Assembly: GCA_030295235.1 (NCBI GenBank)
Contig: AP026176.1
Span: forward strand, 310,001-374,000
Length of the DNA stretch: 64,000 bases
Source: Fistulifera solaris
Taxonomy: Eukaryota
Direction of reading: 5' to 3'
Below the pieces are notes generated by a model. It was given only the letters and a program-made list of their open reading frames with translations. It searched no databases and had not been told where the DNA came from. Positions 59,201 through 64,000 of the stretch are shown here, one piece after another; position 1 is the first letter of the stretch, and every line of letters begins with the position of its first letter. The translations under genes and the position numbers were made by a program.

Positions 59201-60287
59201 TCCACGGAGGCAAAATTCGTTGAGACGCTTGAATCCACCAATCTTGCTTTCGCAATGAGGCACATGCCGCCACACCCAGATCTTTGGGAAAGAGAGTAAA
59301 CAACTGCGACCACTGCTGATCTTCCAACAGCGACCAACTTTCTTCGTAATCCATGATGTAGGGTAGCCATTGCACCGCTAGTTCCTGCGCCAATGTCGAA
59401 AGATCGACAGTATTCTTATTTTGCTTGTTTTCGGCCGTCCCGGACAAACTCACTTTACTCAACGCTTTGAGTTCCTCCAGATCCTGCTGATATTTCCTTT
59501 GATACAATTCCTCCAAAGTCTGATCTTGTTCGGGACCCCACAAATACGACCACATTTGTTCCATCGGTAACAGCCTTGCTGCAGGAATCAATTGCTGCGT
59601 CAACCACGCCATACATTTCAATAATGCCGGTCGTTGGGGACTTTGTTGGAGTTGAAAGTGTAACAAGGGCGCTAACTTGTTGGTCGGAGCCGCATCTTGT
59701 AACAGAGGCAACAATTCGTCGCGGCGTTCTTCACTTTCAGAAAGAACATGCAAACACAAATCCAAACACCGATTGGGATCCAAATGAAAGGTGGCCATGA
59801 TCGTCCGACTGGCCTCGACATTCGGATGAGACGAAGTAAGTAGCGCGAGATATTTGGCGTATCCTTCCGATTCTTCCGCCAACAAATTGTATTTCTGTTG
59901 CTTGTAAAAGGTGGAAGTATTGTACAGACGTATCTTTTTGAAAAAGGCTTCCGTGTTGATATTCGGCGGTAAAAGACCGGCTTGTTCCAGTAACGACGGA
60001 TCCAATGTGGTGAATAGATAGGAGGATTCCGTGGATAACAATTGCAGACACGCGGTCCACAGCGACGACGAAGGAGAGTCCGATTGTAAGGAAGACAGCA
60101 ACCATATCACATCCGCGGTTGACATCATCAACTGTTGTTTCGTCTGCTCATTTCCTGCCAATAAGGCCTCTTTCAACAGATTCAAAATCTCCTGTTCCGA
60201 GGCGGTGCTCTGCAAACACGCCAAGAGGGTGCCATTTAATTGATCGCGATCTTGTTCGAGTAATTCGGAAACGGTAGGAAGTGTCAT
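56275..60287 (-). CDS. THOC2: THO complex subunit 2; frameshift ~57279
   Basis: FYKQQKYNLLAEESEGYAK, FHLDPNRCLD, LNQIESYDNL, WLQSL, CIYPRC, TEGEAAN, SKEYMH and an Arg-rich disordered tail. Confidence 0.92.
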
Positions 60288-60978
60288 TGTGTAATAGAAG
60301 GTAGAATATCTTGCGATGTTGGCAGATGGTATCCTTTTTAGTTACACAATAATGGCATCGGAAGACATGCATTGCAATAATGCGTTGCAACAATCAAATG
60401 CATCGGATCGCCTGCGGATGGACAGACAGTCGAGTTTATAGATCATAGATCATTAAGGACAGAAATAACCGTTTGCACGTAGTCGGACAAAGGTCGAAAC
60501 GGTCCTGTCCCGAGTACTGTCACGCTGATACTAAAAAGCGTTCGCAGTTTTGTCCGAACTACGTAATTCGGAAGTCGTTCGCATTCCACAGTTCTCTATG
60601 GCAATTTCGTGAAAACACGATCCACGAAGATTCTTTACGAGCTGGTTGGTTGAAGTTCACCTCATAGCCAATAGTACCGGCATTCGAACAAAAGAACATT
60701 GAAGTTTGCCAAATGTTCGCCGCGGCTCTTGGATCGTGTTGTTTTTTACTCTTTTTTTGATACAGAAAAAGGGGATCGTATTCCCGTCCACTGGACACGT
60801 GAACACACATCATCCTTCGAAGAATGAAACATTCGATCTTCCTTGACCTACAACCCATCACGACAAACAAAAAGGGAACTCGTTTCGTTGGTCAACCATA
60901 CATACAAAATACACCTCATCAACCAAGCGAGCTGCATTTCAACAATAGTATCAAAGTAGCAACAAGAGAAAAAGCAAA

Positions 60979-61789
60979 ATGGCAGACATCATGATGAAGC
61001 GATCGAAACAAGATTCGAATAATGGTACGTCGCTTGGATTCGAACCATTGGAAGGAAACGTTTTGCCCCGTCTCACAATGTCGTGCTGCAGTCAACCAAC
61101 ACGGCGTCGCCGAATTAGATGGCAAGATCAGTACTACGAGTCGCGCGAAAAGCAACGAAACCTTTCCCGAGAAATTGGCCGAAACGATGCGATCTCCGCA
61201 CGTCCAAGACGTTCTTTGGTGGAATAGGGAAGGCACGGTCTTTTGCCTTTTGCCACGACAGTTTACCAAGCTACAAAATATCTTTCAAGGAACCAAATTG
61301 GAGTCGTTTCAACGCAAAATGAAACGATGGGGTTTTGAACGGTGTTTTGATACATCCTTTCCGCGAGGGGCCTTGGTGTATCATCATCCGTTCTTTCAAC
61401 GCGATCGACCGGAATTGATGAAACAAATGTCGGCGGGAATGAAGAAATTGACGGCTGTTGTGAAAAACGAGCCATCACAAACTACTGTGGTTGCACCTTC
61501 TACGACGATGGAAAGCCATTTTTACGCGCAGCCAGTACCGCAACAACTGTTAGCAACAGAACGACTACGATCTTCGATACAGCCTACTGTTCGTGATTTA
61601 TGTCGTCTCCCGACGGTTCCAAATACTACTCCTTTGGATCCGTTGTTGTTGCATTACTTGGCGAACCGATCGAATCCTGCCTTGCCTCCTCCATTGCTGA
61701 TCAACCCATCCCCCTCCGTAGATCTCAGTAACATTTCGACGCTACGATTGTTGCAATTGCGAGAATTATTGTCGAGAAACTCTAGCTAG
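60979..61789 (+). CDS. HSF-type DNA-binding transcription factor; likely intron 61025-61091
   Basis: TFPEKL, WWNREG, FQGTKLESFQRKMKRWGF and YHHPFFQRDRPEL. Confidence 0.88.
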
Positions 61790-62145
61790 TTATTTCATAA
61801 AAGTAATTATTCATTTGATAGGTTTTGAAACGCTGAATAGTACGAATGAAATACAGTACGACTTATTGTTTGGCCTAGTTTAGATAACGTTCATAAACGG
61901 TCGTGGTACATAAAAGATTATAATCAATTGCTCAAAACATGTTTCCCCTATAAGTGTTTAAAATCGTACCGGGTTTACGCACCGACAACATAAACAACAA
62001 CCGCATTCGCACGGATGCGTGGACACACTGTTGACGACGATGTGATTGTTGTCTTTATGATTCGTCATGCAACAAAAGCTCATTACAGTCGCGTCTCCTT
62101 TCGTACAACAGCAACAACAACAAACACGCAGAAAAATATTAGCAG

Positions 62146-63117
62146 ATGGTCTCGTCCTTCAACAGGTTGAAACATAACAATATACGGAAGAATCCTTCGA
62201 TCTGGCTCATGATTGTTGTTTGGGCGTCATTTTGTCCTTCCTTTTCTCGCGCATTTTCCCGAGGTAATTTGACGACTTCATCAATAATACACAAAATGTT
62301 CAACAATCGCAGCATCACTTCCGATCCTTTGCTCGAACATTTCGTCTCTCCGCATTTGCAATTCATCTATAAAACTGAGCCCGTCACGTCCACGCACGAT
62401 GAAATGCGGACCCTTCTGCTCAACCGCGAGGAGCACACGTGTGTCGCGTTGGTGGCCACGACGCAAACGACCGGACGCGGCACGCAAGGACGCGTGTGGA
62501 AAGCGGCGTCGGGGAATTTGTATCTCACCGTAGCTCTGCCGCACGTGCCCGTACCCCTAACGTTGTTGCCCCTGCAAGTCGGTATGGTCGTAGCCGAACG
62601 CGTCCAAGCCCTATTAAAGGCTTGTTCGTCGACAGCCAAAGTCACGGTCAAATGGCCGAACGATGTTTTGATTGAAGATGCCAAAGTCTCGGGATGTTTG
62701 ATTGAACACTTTACGAATGAACGGAATCTCAGTTGGTTCTTGGTGGGAATCGGTGTCAATGTCGCCGAAACGCCACCCTTACAGGATCTGCCGGGATTCC
62801 ACAAACGGGCTCCCACCAGTTTACACGAATGGTGTCCAGAAGCATCGTCGGACATGGCCTCCGTGTTGGGATTGGAGATCGCCAATGCCTTGGCGGATTG
62901 GATAATGGAGGAGAAAAATGACGGACAGCCCATTGTAGAGGAATGGAGAAAGTGGGCGGAATTTGGGAAATCCTACGAATTACGAGGGAGTGTGGTGGAT
63001 GAAGAAGGCCATGAAGGAGAAGTCGTCGTCACTGTTGATATTGAAGCCGATGGACAGTTACGAGTTCGTGATCGACAGGGCCGAGAGCGCTTACTTGTAG
63101 CCGACTACTTGGTATGA
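62146..63117 (+). CDS. Biotin--protein ligase (BirA/BPL type), start uncertain, possible plastid presequence
   Basis: TSTHD, QTTGRGTQGRVW, GNLYLT, VKWPNDV, KVSGCLIE, GIGVNV and IEADGQLRV. Confidence 0.9.
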   Translation: MVSSFNRLKHNNIRKNPSIWLMIVVWASFCPSFSRAFSRGNLTTSSIIHKMFNNRSITSDPLLEHFVSPHLQFIYKTEPVTSTHDEMRTLLLNREEHTCVALVATTQTTGRGTQGRVWKAASGNLYLTVALPHVPVPLTLLPLQVGMVVAERVQALLKACSSTAKVTVKWPNDVLIEDAKVSGCLIEHFTNERNLSWFLVGIGVNVAETPPLQDLPGFHKRAPTSLHEWCPEASSDMASVLGLEIANALADWIMEEKNDGQPIVEEWRKWAEFGKSYELRGSVVDEEGHEGEVVVTVDIEADGQLRVRDRQGRERLLVADYLV

Positions 63118-63237
63118 GATTTCTATCAGGAACACAATCTGGTATGAAATATCTATCAAGGCATGTATCAAATGTAAAATTTAGACGGTTGTTTATGTTT
63201 TGGGTATCTTGGGAAAATCGATAAAAAAATGTGGCTT

Positions 63238-64000
63238 TTAAGAGCCTCGACGACGCTGGAGTCGTCGGAGATAAAGTTCGAGCAGGGCGGCTTCTTCATC
63301 GAGCGGCCCTGGCAAAGACACCAGTGGGGGCATCAAACCCAAGGCCAAATGATTTTGCTGTGCTAGTTGAAGACGAGACTCGTCTTGACGGAGCTGCTGT
63401 GCGCGGAGGAGTACTTGTAACTCTTCGTCACTCAAACTTCCCGTCAAGCCCATTACAGGTGGCCGTTCGAAGGCAGCGGCCAGTGCTGCCCTTTGAAGTG
63501 TACTTTCGTCCGCAAAACGTTGTCCTTGGAGTGACATGGCCAATAGACTCTGTGAACTTGTTGGCAATGGTTGGTTGGCGAGCAGTCGCAGTACCGATTG
63601 GTGGTCCAATTCGTTGGAAAGGACGCTGGCAAACTGAGATGTGCCAGTCGTACTGAACGTTGGTCCCACGAAAGACCGTCTCGCTTGCTCAAGGGACACG
63701 GAACTCAATGGCGCAGTGTCGGGAAGCATTCTACCGTGTGGATGCAACAAACGTCCAGCCACGGCAGGATGGGGTTCGACGCCACGTTCGCTGTGACCAA
63801 GATGAGTTGCCACCGAACGGCTGAGCAAGGCATCAGGGGTTTCGGAACTAGGTTTGTGGGAAGCCGTCCGGTCGACGGCCGTCACTGATTTCGAATCGGG
63901 TGTATTGCTTAACGATGATTCTTTGGTCTCAGATAGCCTCTTCAACTTCAACTCCTTTTTCGCTTTCTTTTCACTGCAACTTCCTTCTTTTTGTTTGCTA
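63238..64000 (-). CDS. C-terminal part of a hypothetical low-complexity protein (5' end outside window)
   Basis: The frame stays open from the window edge to the stop at 63238. Rich in L/Q/A/S. Confidence 0.55.
   Translation of the reverse strand, partial: SKQKEGSCSEKKAKKELKLKRLSETKESSLSNTPDSKSVTAVDRTASHKPSSETPDALLSRSVATHLGHSERGVEPHPAVAGRLLHPHGRMLPDTAPLSSVSLEQARRSFVGPTFSTTGTSQFASVLSNELDHQSVLRLLANQPLPTSSQSLLAMSLQGQRFADESTLQRAALAAAFERPPVMGLTGSLSDEELQVLLRAQQLRQDESRLQLAQQNHLALGLMPPLVSLPGPLDEEAALLELYLRRLQRRRGS

Noticed and set aside
1..64000. tRNA, rRNA or other structured RNA genes
   Set aside because: None recognised by eye. A tRNAscan-SE or Infernal run would be needed to exclude them.

Overview
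A gene-dense eukaryotic nuclear window, most likely from a pennate diatom. The evidence is short GT-AG introns of about 65-140 bp, bipartite signal-plus-'AF' plastid-targeting peptides, a silaffin/cingulin-like K/S/G-rich protein and an Ambal-like retroelement; the species cannot be fixed from sequence alone. About 35 protein genes are supported. Recognisable ones include mevalonate kinase, Fpg/MutM, a family-6 UDG/HDG glycosylase, threonine synthase, RPL22, ALG12, THOC2, a DYRK kinase, an HSF, biotin ligase, TspO, a GT8, a SETD9-like protein, a Mic19-like protein, an NSF-like AAA ATPase and two paralogous CDF transporters. Many genes are broken by 1-bp losses in homopolymer runs, which I read as sequencing or assembly error. 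Most notable observations: (1) a secreted, apparently GPI-anchored protein carrying the motif set of the bacterial periplasmic zinc chaperone AztD, lying between two atypical CDF transporters, which may be an undescribed algal cell-surface metal-capture module; (2) clusters of drifting 7-bp tandem repeats concentrated in the long intergenic gaps; (3) transposon footprints (a 5'-truncated Ambal-like LINE and a hAT-like MITE, each with an 8-bp TSD, plus a decayed foldback element); (4) a candidate biosilica protein, a pseudo-trypsin, a plastid-targeted NSF-like ATPase and a tail-anchored threonine synthase. All family assignments come from recalled motifs, not database searches.
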